Part shown: positions 10,541-23,665 of the stretch, piece by piece | Layout of the letters: each line of letters starts with the position of its first letter | How positions within the stretch are numbered: the first letter of the stretch is position 1 | Assembly (NCBI RefSeq): GCF_006345805.1 | Contig: NC_042997.1 | Coordinates: 46,996,001 to 47,060,000, forward strand | DNA: 64,000 bases | Direction of reading: 5' to 3' | DNA from: Octopus sinensis | Lineage: Eukaryota | Notes under the pieces: generated by a model | What the model was told of the DNA's origin: nothing | Databases searched by the model: none | Seen by the model: the letters and a program-made list of their open reading frames with translations, nothing else | Translations under genes and position numbers: made by a program

Positions 10541-11879
10541 TGAGAGAGAGAGAGAGATAGGGTGATAGATAGATAGATTGCTGGATAGACAGAGATAGAT
10601 AGATATACATGCATATGCATATATACATAATCATGTACATGTATGTGTATGTCTGCCTACGTATCCCTGTGCGCGCACTCGCGTGTTTGTGCGTAAGCAG
10701 ACTTGAATAAGTATCATTCTTACGTATAGCAACCTGCGTTTGCGCCGTCGTTAGAGATGTCATGCTCACCCATCTAAAACTTACTAATTTAGCTGCAGTG
10801 GAATCGTTGTCAGTAACACATCTTGTTCTGTACAACTCTACCAGATCAAAATATTCTAAGGCATAACCACATTTCTAACTAGGAACTTCAAGCGTGTTAA
10901 CTCGCCGCTGCAAGGTAATCAAAAACACACTTCAGTGTTATAATTATGCCTCTACAGCTATGCTTAACATTTCTGTGGCATCTACCAATGGAGAAATGCA
11001 CTCTCTAAACTGAGTTTAACAAAATTGCCGACTACAATAAGCCTAAGACTAAAGGCATTCCAGCTTTATTATACGATATTTCCTTTTAATGTTTGTGATG
11101 GTGGGCTTTGATTTGAGGGAGATTTGGCAGTTATTTCAAGCAAGTCTTGACAAATCACACTTCGTTGGCTATAACAGTATCGATTAATATATGTACGGAA
11201 CTGAACTTCCAATTCATAAAGATCACAAGATTTAATCAAGGTTATTTCTTTCATTAATAACGAAAGGAGTAATAATATCATGTATGTGTATCTGGGTATT
11301 TGTGAATACGTTTCTGCCGATGTACGTGTGTCTGTGATCACGGAAATATGCATAAGAGATAGAGAGAAAGGAAAGTATGTAGGAAAGTATGTATGTGTAT
11401 GTGTATTATGTGTATGTATGATTTATGTATACATATGTATGTAGTATCTGTATGTATAAGTGTATGTAATCTGTGCATATATGTATGTATGCATGCATGT
11501 ATTATGGATGTATATAGGTAGGTAGATATATGTATAGAAAGATAAATAGATGAATAGATAGATAGACAAATGGAAAGACAGATACATAGCTAGCTATTTA
11601 GAAAGATAGATAGATAGATAGATATAGATGAATAGAGAGAGAGAAATCATACATGGATAGATGGAAGATCGATCAGACAGACAGACACATACATACATAA
11701 TACATACATAACATACATACATACATACATACATACATACATACATACATTCATACATACATGCATACATACATACATTCATACATGCATACATATTTAT
11801 ACAATGCATACACGAACATGCGCGACAAAGAGCAGAAATAGTAATTTGAACAGAAACGCCAGTGTTTTACCTTTATTAG

Positions 11880-12385
11880 AAAAATAGATACGTCAACGCA
11901 TAACTTAAAACAACTTTTCAAGCGAAGAACATCAAACCAAACAAGCTTATCCCAACAATCATTACCACCAGTACACTGGCACCACCATCGGTGCAGCCTG
12001 TACCACGTGCCAAAGTGAAGAGAGTGTGCTCGCCTTAATCAAATTAATACACCAACAATCACAAAATCACGATTAATCAAACAACAAATGGCTCTGTGTC
12101 AATGTCAAAAATGCATGCTCCAAATATTCGATCAATGGGGAAGTCTACTTATCATAATAGGACTGCTTGATCATTAGAATTAGTGCTGGGTATTCCAGAG
12201 ACACGAATGTACTTAACGTAATGCTCCCGGTGAACGTGTGAGTGAGAAATAACACAGGTATATTCAATATTCAATGACAAATACGGTACATCTTTCCAGA
12301 CAGCTTACATCTCCCCACTTCCCTCACAAAGCATTACTTTCACCTGATGATATGATACGAGACAATAGCATGAAAGGCGGTAAAT
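11880..12385 (+). mobile_element. Possible highly decayed PLE endonuclease end followed by a degenerate HHR
   Basis: Cys-spaced remnants (LCQCQKCMLQ), then CUGAUGA-UAUG...CAU-GAAA at 12344-12375. Stems I and III are not recoverable. Confidence 0.3.
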
Positions 12386-12400
12386 TGAGATCGTACGCTT

Positions 12401-12745
12401 GAAGGTGCATGGCTCAGTGGTTAGAGGGTCGGGCTCACAATCATGAGGTAGGGAATTCGATTCCCGGTCCGGGCTGTGTTGTGTTCTTGAGTAAGACGCT
12501 TTATTTCACGTTGCTTCAATTCACACAGCAGCAGAAAGGAGTTGCGACGTCACTGGTGCCATGCTGCATCGGCTTTTGCCTCTCACTTGGATAACATCGG
12601 TGCTTTGGAGAGGAGGGGTTGGTATGCAAGGGCGACTGCTGGTTTCCATAAACAACCTTGCCCAGACTTATTCTTCGTAGGGGAACTTTCTATGTGCATT
12701 CCCATGGTGACTCATGGCCGAAGGGAGTCTTTACCTTTTTTTTTT
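12401..12745 (+). mobile_element. tRNA-derived SINE
   Basis: A-box TGGCTCAGTGG and B-box-like AATTCGATTCC, then a cttgagtaagacgctttatttcacgttgct core and a T-rich tail. Confidence 0.85.
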
Positions 12746-13773
12746 ACAAGTTACCTAATGATTAAGAAGTGAAGCGTTTGAAGATCTTATGTATGACAGA
12801 GTTCGCATCAAATACAGTGCGCTCGCATACAAACACACGTATGTACAGACTAACCCACATATAATCACGAGCACATACACATGAACGTACATATCTCAGA
12901 CATACACACTACACGAACATATAATCACACACATACTCTCACATATTTGCCGTCCAATAATGTAAGCTAATTAAAAATCACCACTGTATATGTGTATGTG
13001 CGTGCGTGTACGTGTATATATATATATAAACGCTCAGACACACACATATGTACGAATGTATATGCACATAGTTTTGTATAAAGCATTACAGACATACATA
13101 CATACAAATCATTCTATATACGTGTTTCATATAATTGTTTTTTTTTTATCAGATCTATTACAAATATATTCCAGATTGCAGAAATATTCATATATATTGA
13201 TTCCTTTTTAATACACTATCAGCAATATATTACTTTCAGGGTGACAAATTCATTTGCAGATTCGAAATGCCAATTCATATTTATTTAAATCGCTCATAAT
13301 TCTATGGAATAGATTAACTACCACTACAATGTATGTAGTACCAATTCTCATAAACACACGTCTTTCACAATTACAGAAGTGTATGAAGGAACTAAGTAAA
13401 AACAAAGGAATGAATTGAAGCTAAATGAAAATATACATGCAAATATAGGAAAGAAAATGTAGGTCTATGTTTAGACATATCCATTAATATGGAAGTCAGA
13501 AGCACTCATCTATATGTGCGTATACGTTCGCTTGTCTGAGTGTGTGTATTTATGTATTGTATGTGTGGGTTGTTATTTATAACTATATATTCGCATACGT
13601 CCCTGCATATGCATATACATGTATGCACACACACACACACATACACACAAACACTCATATAAAATGATTATAGAATATATCTATATGCATATATGAATGC
13701 ATATGAATGTGTAGGTATGTGTATATATCTATATGAAAATATAGGTAGTGTATATATATGTGTGTGTGTGTAT

Positions 13774-13811
<38 letters not shown>

Positions 13812-14399
13812 TGAAAGAAAGAAGGAGGGAGTAAGAGAGAGGGGCAGAAAGAAAGAAAGAGAGAGGGATGCATTATATTGTTTCTAGTCATTAATAATTT
13901 TCTAACCTAACACTTCTCACTGAAGATCTCGCTAAAGTTATTTTTACTAACGCTGTAAGGTGCTATATTTTAGGCTGTATATGAGCACACTTGTTTCCTA
14001 TTTCCCATACATTCTGGTCGCCTTATCTTGTTTCTCTTGAGATTGATTAGTATTTATATCGGAAGGTTTCATAGAGGACCCATCTCCTTTCACGATTATA
14101 GATAAATAAAGAAAGGTACAACGATCAAGATATTATGGAAGTATTCTGTAAAAGAGATCTATAAACATTTTTCAATGTTGCGAGCATTCTTTCATTTATG
14201 TCACATACAGAGTAATGTTAGGCGCAAATAATTTCTAATTAGTTTTAGATTATCCCCAATGAAAGGACGCTTCGAATAAACAAATTAACATAGGCGATGT
14301 CATGTACATGATCTATGTACATATACTTACACATGGTTATACAGACATACATTCAAGCACATACATATACATATATACACATATACATATACATATAAT

Positions 14400-14668
14400 C
14401 TTCCGGCAGGGGATGGTGGTGATCTCTGCTGTACTCTTTCACCACAACTTTATCTCACTCTTACTTCCTGTTTCTGTTGTACCTGTATTTCAAAGGGCCA
14501 GCCTTGTCACTCTCTGTGTCACGATGAATATCCCCGAGAACTACGTTAAGCGTACACGTGTCTGTGGAGTGCTCAGCCACTTACACGTTAATTTCACGAG
14601 CAGGCTGTTCCGTTGATTCGGATCAACAGGAACCCTCGTCGTCGTAACCGACGGAGTGCTTCCATCCA
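14400..14668 (+). mobile_element. 5'-truncated SINE (family of 52956-53335)
   Basis: ggggatggtggtga...ttcaccacaacttt...gagaactacgttaag...ccgacggagtgctcc is shared with 53085-53335. Confidence 0.85.
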
Positions 14669-14845
14669 CATATAATCTATATACGTACATATATATATGT
14701 GTGTGTATACATATATACACGTACATATACACATATATATATATATGTACAGAAATATATACACAGATATATGAATATATATATATATGTATGGTTATAT
14801 ATATAATATATATATATAAATAAATAGATATAGATAGATAGATAT

Positions 14846-15330
14846 CAAAATAAGCAACAAGGATATCCAGAGGTAATGCAGTACGATCGTTTCATGTAAC
14901 TCTATTTAATTGAACAATGCAATCATTACATCAATTTAAAATGTAGTGCAATCTTCAACTGCAAAAAGATATAGAATTTAATTAAATTAGAACAGATGGA
15001 TACATTAGTATAATTATACCTAAAATCTTTAAGAAGTTAAGGAGATAGACAAAGAACATGTTTCTACTTCAACATAGAAGTTGCTAAAATTCTCACGAAA
15101 ACTCTGCCTGCCACTGACATTTTGTCTTTAGGAGGTCAGTTTTAATTTATAGACTAGTTTATCAAATCCCTTGTATATCTAATGCTGAGAGAACAGAGGG
15201 CAGTATGTGTTAGGGGTAGCGCTGAGGTAGTAGACAGATATTCTAGTTGGTATAGTCATAAAAATCAAGATTTATTATAAGCAATATTATAAGGCTTAGT
15301 AGGGGAAAACTTAAAACAAAATGTTAGCTG
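14846..15330 (-). mobile_element. Non-coding interspersed repeat with HHR-like motif (PLE pseudo-LTR-like)
   Basis: Unique block between (TA)n tracts. HHR-like motif at 14877-14963. Confidence 0.55.
14877..14963 (-). ncRNA. Degenerate type I hammerhead motif
   Basis: Minus strand: UGCAG-UUGAAGA-...-GAAA-CGAUC-GUA-CUGCA. Stem I is a perfect 5 bp and stem III is the palindrome CGAUCG. There is a C3U change and stem II is imperfect. Confidence 0.6.
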
Positions 15331-15333
<3 letters not shown>

Positions 15334-15410
<77 letters not shown>

Positions 15411-15415
15411 ATATA

Positions 15416-15451
<36 letters not shown>

Positions 15452-15461
15452 GTATATATAT
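15334..15461. repeat. (TA)n tract
   Basis: Direct reading. Confidence 0.95.
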
Positions 15462-16102
15462 ACTAGCAGTATCGCCCGGCGTTGCTCGGGTTTGTAAGGG
15501 AAATAACTATATAAGCATTTTTAGAGAGTTATAGCCAAAAAATAGCAAAAAATGCATTAAAAATGGAAAAAATATGATGGTAATTTTTTTTTTAAATCGT
15601 TGACTCATCGTAGACATTTTTAGAGAGTTACTTCCCTTATATAATAGCGAAAAAATGCATTAAAAATGGAAAAAAAAAACGATGGTAAGTTTTTTTTAAA
15701 TCGTAGACTCATGTAGACGCTTTCTTAGCCATTTCTGTTTTGGTGTCTTCAAGCCATGAAGTCGTTGTTCTAAAAGAACGCTGGTCTCCTTGACAACGCA
15801 TTACGACGTTGATTTCCTTACACTCCCTTCCCCACAGGTGCAGGTGTGAGCGTGGACGCCAACTCCGCCGCCATCGACACACGAAAAATTATGCATTAAA
15901 AATGGAATAAAAAATGATGTTAAATTATTTTTAAATCGTAGACTCATCGTAGACGCGCGCTAATACTCAGACGGGCTCGATATGAATCACGACTATAAGA
16001 TACCCGAATTTGGTTAAACTGCACCGCAAAATGTGGGAGTAGTTAGGAATCTAAATCGAAGGGGACAGACACTCACACAACTACAGTTTTATATATATAG
16101 AT
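15462..16102 (+). mobile_element. Helentron-associated non-autonomous element (HINE/DINE-1-like)
   Basis: Starts ACTAGcagtatcgcccggcgttgctcggg (5' hairpin) and ends acaactacagttttatatatatagat. Contains three internal copies of atgcattaaaaatgga...gatg...ttttaaatcgtagactcatcgtagac (~15553, ~15656, ~15892). Confidence 0.65.
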
Positions 16103-16119
16103 ATACATAGCGCAGTAGT

Positions 16120-16711
16120 GGTGAGATGTGACAGCAAAGAAAAGCATACATTCACTCTCTGCATGCAATCAGACTCGGAAAGTTCGTGAGGAACCCATTG
16201 ACCCAATTTGCTGACTTTTCCGATAGCACACAGGTGTCAATGAATGGTTGAATGACCAAATCGAAGCTTCTCTGCTAGTTCTTCAACAGTTACGATGAGA
16301 TTTTGTTCCACCAGGGTTTTCAGGATGTCCTTGTCGAGTTCTACAGATCTTTCAGGATGAGGCTCGTCTTCTAGGCTGTAGTTTATGGCTCGGAATTTCT
16401 GGAACCACCATTGACACTGCCTTACGCTTATTGTCCAATCCCCATATACTGCATTGATATTTCTTGTACTTTCCGTTGCGTTGTTGTCTTTATTGAACTC
16501 ATAAAGCAAAATATGCCAAATATGCTCCTTTGTTACTTCCAATATAGCTTTGAAAAAAATAGCTGTTAAAATCGAAATGCACTCTTCAAAACTTGCACTA
16601 TGAATAAGGACAAGATAAAATTACTACCTGCTTTTATAGCAAGTTAATATAAGTAGTTTATCCCATTCCCCTCTGACATTTAGTTCAAGCTGTTGAAAAA
16701 ACCGCATTATT
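16120..16711 (-). mobile_element. Mariner transposon 5' half (pseudogenised)
   Basis: MEVTKEHIWHILLYEFNKDNNATESTRNINAVYG...WFQKFR...LEDEPH, followed by a frameshifted GKVSKLGQWVPHELSE (mariner WVPHEL motif). The terminal sequence is near 16711. Confidence 0.9.
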
Positions 16712-17018
16712 ATATATATATACATACATACATACATACATACATATACACACACACTCTCTCTCTCACACACATGCACACATTTATATTCTGTTATTGT
16801 TTTATACGTTTCAGCCTTGAGGTTGTGGCCATGCTGGATCATGTGTGTGTGTGAGTGTGTGTGTGTGTGTCTATCTGTGTGTCTGTCTCTATGTATATAT
16901 GTATATGTATGTGTGTGAACAATAATATTTTCAACAGATGTGTTGCAAATGTATCTGATTGTTCTCAAGCTTCAATACTGTGTGTGTGTGTATGTGTGTG
17001 TGTGTGTATGTATGTATG

Positions 17019-17049
<31 letters not shown>

Positions 17050-17602
17050 GTGTATGTATGTATGTGTGTGTATGTATGTATGTGTGTATGTATGTATGTA
17101 TGTATGTATGTATGTATGTATGAGTGTATGTTTACTTTATTACTAACACAAGCCACTACGGTTATTTAATGTAAAGTCTTCCTCAAATCACTCTCTCTGG
17201 CTATTTACTCTCTTCCAAGAACATTTTCACTCACTCTTATCTGTTAGCTTCCCATACATTTTACTCATGTATCTATCAGCGTCATAGACGTCATCGCATT
17301 CTATTGTCTACCTGTCAACACACTGAATTAGTTTCACTTTATTCGTAGCACACTGTGTGTGTGCGTTTGCGTGTGGTGTAAACCAGACTAAGAAAAGCAT
17401 TTGACACACACACCAGAATGTGAGTTTTCTGTAAATTTTGCTTAATTGGAGTTTAAATTTTAAAAACTGGACCTGGCATGACGCGATGCATTGCACTCTC
17501 AAAAATGCTAGGTAAATTGTAATTGAAGAAATCCTATATTGTAGATTTGTATAACTCCCAAAGGGAGGCAGATAAAATCTGCCTTTTATAATAAGAGATA
17601 TA

Positions 17603-17722
<120 letters not shown>

Positions 17723-17741
17723 ATATATATTTTTTTTTTTT

Positions 17742-18119
17742 ATGAATTTTCTGGTTGATTCCGTAATGGAATCGGCGGCTTATATTTGCTGCCGATAAAT
17801 TTGGCGCGAGTGCGATGATTTGAAAATTTTAGGTCAGATATTGCCGAGGCAGGGATAGAGGTGCCTCGTGATAATATCTGCTCGGATCTGGCTGTTTCTT
17901 ACTGACGAATCTATCGGCCTATGGAAGATTGGCTTGATTTAATTTAATCAGGTTAGTTTACCATTAAACAATAGATGAAACGGTGCATCGTATAAGAAAT
18001 TACAGGGTAAATGTTTTTTTTAATTTTCTCCTGGTTTGCGGAATTAATGTTATATTGCGGTTGAAGCTTTGGCTGTTATTTCTAGTGGGTGAATCGCCTA
18101 TTATGGCCATTCCTTGATT

Positions 18120-18120
<1 letters not shown>
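17742..18120 (+). mobile_element. ~380-bp non-coding repeat unit carrying an intact HHR
   Basis: Unique block bounded by (TA)n/poly-T. Contains the HHR at 17895-17999. Confidence 0.55.
17895..17999 (+). ncRNA. Type I hammerhead ribozyme, complete core
   Basis: UUUCUUA-CUGACGA-AUCUAU[~56-nt loop with internal hairpin]AUAGAU-GAAA-CGGUGCAUC-GUA-UAAGAAA. Stem I is 7 bp, stem II is 6 bp, and stem III is the near-palindrome CGGUGCAUCG. Predicted cleavage is after 17992. Confidence 0.88.
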
Positions 18121-18162
<42 letters not shown>

Positions 18163-18289
18163 CACCAGGTGGTGCTATTAAGTTAGACATGGCCTGGGCC
18201 AATAATGGCCGAAACCTACCAAAGTATCAAAGTATATATATATATATATACATATACATACATACATATCTATATCGAAGTGTAGATGC

Positions 18290-18320
<31 letters not shown>

Positions 18321-19051
18321 CACATATAAACACAGATATATGTGTGTGTATGTGTTTAAGTGTATGTGTGTGCATTATGTATGACTGCATGTATGCATAG
18401 TGGTTAGTGTTACTAACGAATGTTGCTAGTGGCTAACAGAACAATTATGGAATCACATAAGTGCGACATCTGCTGTGAAGAAGTTATTTTTGCACTGTTG
18501 ACTTTCTAATACAGGTTCCCATATGTTTACTTTGCGTAACATAACAAACGATTGTTTTTCTTAATACAAGACGTGCATGATTTTCTTATTTCCAACACCT
18601 ATCGACAACTCCCAACTCACCATCGTGATTTGTACTAGTCAACAAGAACCCGGTAATACAAACGTCTGATAGCAATCGGTCTTAGATGAGAGCAACCGAA
18701 TGACAAAGAATGTTTCCTTTCCTGCAACATCTTACTTAATAAGATTCTAAGTCAAATAAGATAAATATTTACGAACTCCGCGAAACGAGCAGAGTTCTTT
18801 TTCTTCCGGTTACTCACACGCATACATGCACACGCACACACACACACAACACGCGCGCACACACACACATACATATATAAACATACACATATATACATAC
18901 ATATGCATATAAGTATGTATAGATGCATCGATTAACCAAACCAACTTAATATGCTCCCCACTTTATTTTTCTCTCACAAAATTCTTAAAACAATCTTTTG
19001 CACATATAATTTCTTTTGGTTATTGAAGTGAATATACATATATATATATAT

Positions 19052-21282
19052 GACAGATTTTAGAACTATACACTAAGGGACAGAGACAGAATAAGACAGA
19101 GGCCCAACAACTCGAGAATATATCCGCATGTGGCCTACGTAAGCTCATGCAGCGCACGATGAACGGAGAGTTGGTATGCCTTCCCACAGATAAGTCCAGC
19201 AGGATGTCAATAGACAGCTTGCCGAACTACATCCAGGCAATGCAACCTCACATAGCGAATACGAAAGTAACAACTTTACAGACGCATGAGGAGAGAGAAA
19301 AGGTCCTCAACGCCCATATGATGATGTGGACAATTGTTCTTGGATCCCAGAAACGCACAGCCAACAATTTCCAAGCCTGGAACAACGATATCCCGACGCT
19401 ATATGGACTTCGCAAAGACAACAAGTAACCACTGATCCTGTGGTTGGACCACCAACAAGACTAGTCTGTGGAGCGAATATCGCTAGCAATTACAGAATTT
19501 CCTACTTCCTCTCAATGATCATACTCCCCATAATCCGGATGTCACCTGATGTTTGTGACAACACGGAAGCTCTCCTCAGCAGGATCAACAGGATGTATAG
19601 TGGGTAGCATGGATGTGGCATCCCTATACCCATCTATCGACGTGGATTTTGCAGTAAAGTGAGTGGAGAGGATCAACGAGAGCGAAGTGGAGTTCCACAA
19701 TGTCAACACAGAAGAACTGGGCCTCCGACTTAGACTGACATATGACAATGAATATCTAGATAAAGACGACCTTAGAAGTTTCTGTCCCAGTAGACGTTTA
19801 AGAGGTAGACCACCCACAATTACTTCTATGGCTAGGAAAACCCCTATAGAGAGATGGAGCGGATGGACCAAAGCCACACGGACCCCTGCAAATATTTATC
19901 AGGTAAAGAAAATGATCGCACATGCACTAGGAGCTAGTATATGAGTTACCCTAAAATGCTACACGTTTAAGTTTAACATCAAAATATACGCCCAAAACGA
20001 GGGGGGCAGCCATTGGTGTTAGTATCGCCATTGGTGTTAGTATGGCCAACCTTTTTCATGGTATAGTGAGACAGAAGGCTTAAGGAACAGAACAGCATAC
20101 TCGTGAACATGTACTCTCGCTATATCGATAATATCAACGTAGTGTAAAGGCACCCCCACAAGAGAGTGCTCTTGAAATAGAAATATAAACTAATACTAGG
20201 AAGAGCATCCAACAAATAACTAACTCCATCCACCAGAGTATTAAGGTCACGATAGACTGCTCTACTAAACACCCTAACCATAGACTAGCAGTACTAGATA
20301 CAGAACTTTGGCTGGAAACTGAGAATAATAAAACCCGAATCATTCATTCACACTATGCCAAACCTATGGCTTCCAAATACTTGATCCACCGGAACTCAAC
20401 TATCGCGGACAATGCCAAATTGAATATATTGATGGCAGACCTCGTCAGAGTAATGCGAAATGTGTCCCGTATTTGCGACCCGACAGAGTTAAAGAGACAC
20501 ATATAACTTTTCGTTCACCGCATGAAGTTCTTAGATTACAGCCATAAAGAAAGGATCAGAGTATACAAAGGAGCCATGAGAACATTTGAAACTATGATAG
20601 GTAACGATAGGAATGGGGTTTGCCCACACTGTAGGAGCAAGTCATGGAACACCATTGAAAGGACTAAGAAGAAAATAGGGAAGGCCAACTCATGGTATGA
20701 TAGCCACAAATACCAGAGTGTCATGTTCATCGACACCACCCCTACAGGTGAACTGGCGTACCGCTTTAGAAGGGCCGTAGACAAGCTTAAGCTAAGAATT
20801 AAGGTCGTTGAAAGGCCAAGCAACACTATCAAATTCCTAATCGGTAAAGCCTACCCTTTTAGTAGAACACTCTGTACTGATAGGAACTGTACTATATGTA
20901 GATTTAGCCCACAAACGAACTGTAAAGCCAGAAATGTAGTCTATAGTATAAGATGTACAGGGGGATGATGCAGTAACTACAACGACGTACTTAGGGGAAC
21001 GGCACGGAGCATAGGAGAGCGGGTAAATGTACATTGGAGTGAATTTAAGGAAGAGAAGAGCTCATCGGTTCTGTACCAGCACGCCGAGCAGAAACACGGG
21101 GGCTCACTCAACAACATAGAAGTTAAAATCTTGTCCACACATAGAACAGACGCAACGCTTAGAAAAATTACAGAAGCTACACACAGAATAGACAATAAAC
21201 CCAGCCTGAATAGGAAACTAGAATGGAACACTAGCATACACCGCCAACACACCACAACATGTGACAGAATAAGATCGCCATA
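19052..21282 (+). mobile_element. Penelope-like retroelement relic: RT plus C-terminal GIY-YIG endonuclease
   Basis: LPTDKSS (~19175), IVGSMDVASLYPSID (~19597-19641), AIGVSMAN (~20027) and RYIDNI (20118; YxDD changed to YIDN). Then SVMFIDTTPTGELA, and CKARNVVYSIRC...TYLGE/TARSIGERVNVH...EATHRIDNKPSLNRKLEW. Multiple stops and frameshifts. Confidence 0.88.
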
Positions 21283-21869
21283 AACTGATAACAATATGAA
21301 CAAAATACACAGATAAGCAAATGGAAATATATAACTAAATACGTTAACAAAATTAAATTAAATTAAATACAAGAAAAGAAAGAATAGAAAAAATAAGTAG
21401 GTATAAACACATGAATAAAATCAATAAAAAGAAATTAAACGAAAGTGTATAAACAGGGGATACAGATAATACATGCACTCCCCCCACATACACACGCATT
21501 CACTAAACATAGACACACAAGGGGTATACGCATGCGCAAATAAAGACATACAATAGGAATACAAAATACAAAATGGCAGAAATACGATTAATGTAAAAAA
21601 TAAGATAAAGCTGAAGCAAATTAATATCAAATATATAATGTGTTTGTTTTTATTGACTAAACTGGCAACATGACCATCCCCAAATACAACAATAATGAAT
21701 ATATATACTTATTGAAAATACAATGCCCCCAGTCATATAAAAAATATCCCTTGATGAAAACCATATTTAACTCAATGAAATATGTACACACTTTGCAGCA
21801 CGTGAAAAAGAATTATCAAAAATATTGCTCTGTTTGTTATATCACATATTTATATTCATAAAAAAAGCG

Positions 21870-23190
21870 GACAATGTATGTAAGTCTCGAATTCATAAGA
21901 CATCTAATTTTTCCCTATAATGTCTCCTTAAAGCAGATAATAATTCTTAATTATCACCTGTTTAAAATTCTTGAAATACCACTTCTGTTATTTGTACAAG
22001 ACGATTTCTGACTGAGACAATTTCATACTAAGCCTATAAGTTTCTTTAACAACATTTGGACAGAATTTTTTCCAAACTGCAATAAGGCATGTATGTTTGA
22101 TTCCTTTGCATGTGATTTCAATATATTTGCATGCAATTCTTCAAGAATTATTTAAATGACTCATATTTAATATTACTTGCTGTGATAAGCTCATTTAAAG
22201 TTCTTGTAAAGTAATATGCCATGAAAACGGAAATACCTTCCGGGTTCATTGGCTGTTGATGAAATTGTGCTTGGTAGATTGAAAACGACTTCAAAAGGTA
22301 TACATATTTGTAATGAATTTCAAGGATGACGAAGGGAGTTGAGTTGTCTAAAAGCAGAAATACCTTACCCTTGAAATTAATCACTATACAGTAGTATTTA
22401 ACACTTGGGCAAATATTTTCATGGAATCGTTCAATAAACAAATCCTCTTTAACCCAAATTTTTCCGTTAGATTTTCACAACTCAGGCAGCCTAGATTTTG
22501 AGTTGATTTTTCATGCTCTATGTGTATCTGCTTGATAGACAAGAAACTGCTTAGGTTTCAGGTCATCGTTTATATTTGTACCTAACAAGAATGGAAGACG
22601 ATATTTTCATGCATTGTATAATAACATTTTCTGCATGTAATATAACTGTTTAGAAGGTAAATGCTTCCAAATCATCTCAATTAGTCAGTAATAATAATTA
22701 AATTCAGTTGATATTCCCGTCTCAAAAGATTCATCTATAGTATTGGAAATCCCAAATGCAGTCTATATATTACCAGGAACGGACTCGTTTGTTATCCAAT
22801 CACCTTGGACACTAAATAGGATTTTGCACATTTAAAACAATTTTTGAGAAGCGGAAAAAAAACCGTTTGAGGGACATCATTTCGGATTTTTATCAACGCA
22901 TAAAGTATATTTAACAAAAACTGATGAAAAATTACTTGGGAGAGAAAATATGACATAGTAAGTACACAAGAGTGGAATTTTTAAAATCCATATTTTACTT
23001 TATATGTGCGTGAGTCATTGCTTGAATTTGACATGGCTTTGACATGAATTTCTCATATTAACTTCAAATTTCAAAATTACGAGATCACTCTGATATGAAA
23101 CAATATATGGAAGGTCCACGACAAGGTACAATGAATACCATTCATAGGGTTACGAATATGCCTCATGTATATTTGAGCAGGTAGACAATT
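21870..23190 (-). mobile_element. Tigger/pogo (TIGD1-like) transposase relic
   Basis: LLLGTNINDDLKPKQFLVYQADTHRA...LPEL*KSNGKIWVKEDLFIERFHENICPSVKYYC...KVFLLLDNS, matching the DDE_1 domain. Decayed. Confidence 0.8.
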
Positions 23191-23574
23191 TTTCATTCAT
23201 ACACATCACTACTTAGCGCTGTCACCCCAGATTCTCCCCACCCCCACACACCCTCATATATAACACACATATATATACATATGCATATCAAATATAAATA
23301 TACATACATACATGTGGAATCGCGTGACTTACTTGTTAGGATGGTGCCCTCGTGATTGTAAATATGCAGTTTCGATTCTTGAACCGGAGTGATGCGTTTC
23401 TATCCTTGAACAAAATACGTTAATTTACCTTGCTCCGACCCTGTCATCAGGCAAAACTAGTAGTCCTGCAACTTTACTGGATTACCCATTTTTGAGAGAA
23501 CATTATATATACTCCACAGAATCTGGTGAACCGACCCTATGAACCCATGGCTGGAATAACCTTTGATCTTAGAC

Positions 23575-23665
<91 letters not shown>

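Noticed and set aside
15553-15958. Repeat-spacer-like pattern of three ~65-bp units
   Set aside because: Spacing is irregular, the repeats are degenerate and the context is a eukaryotic Helentron-type element; not a CRISPR array.
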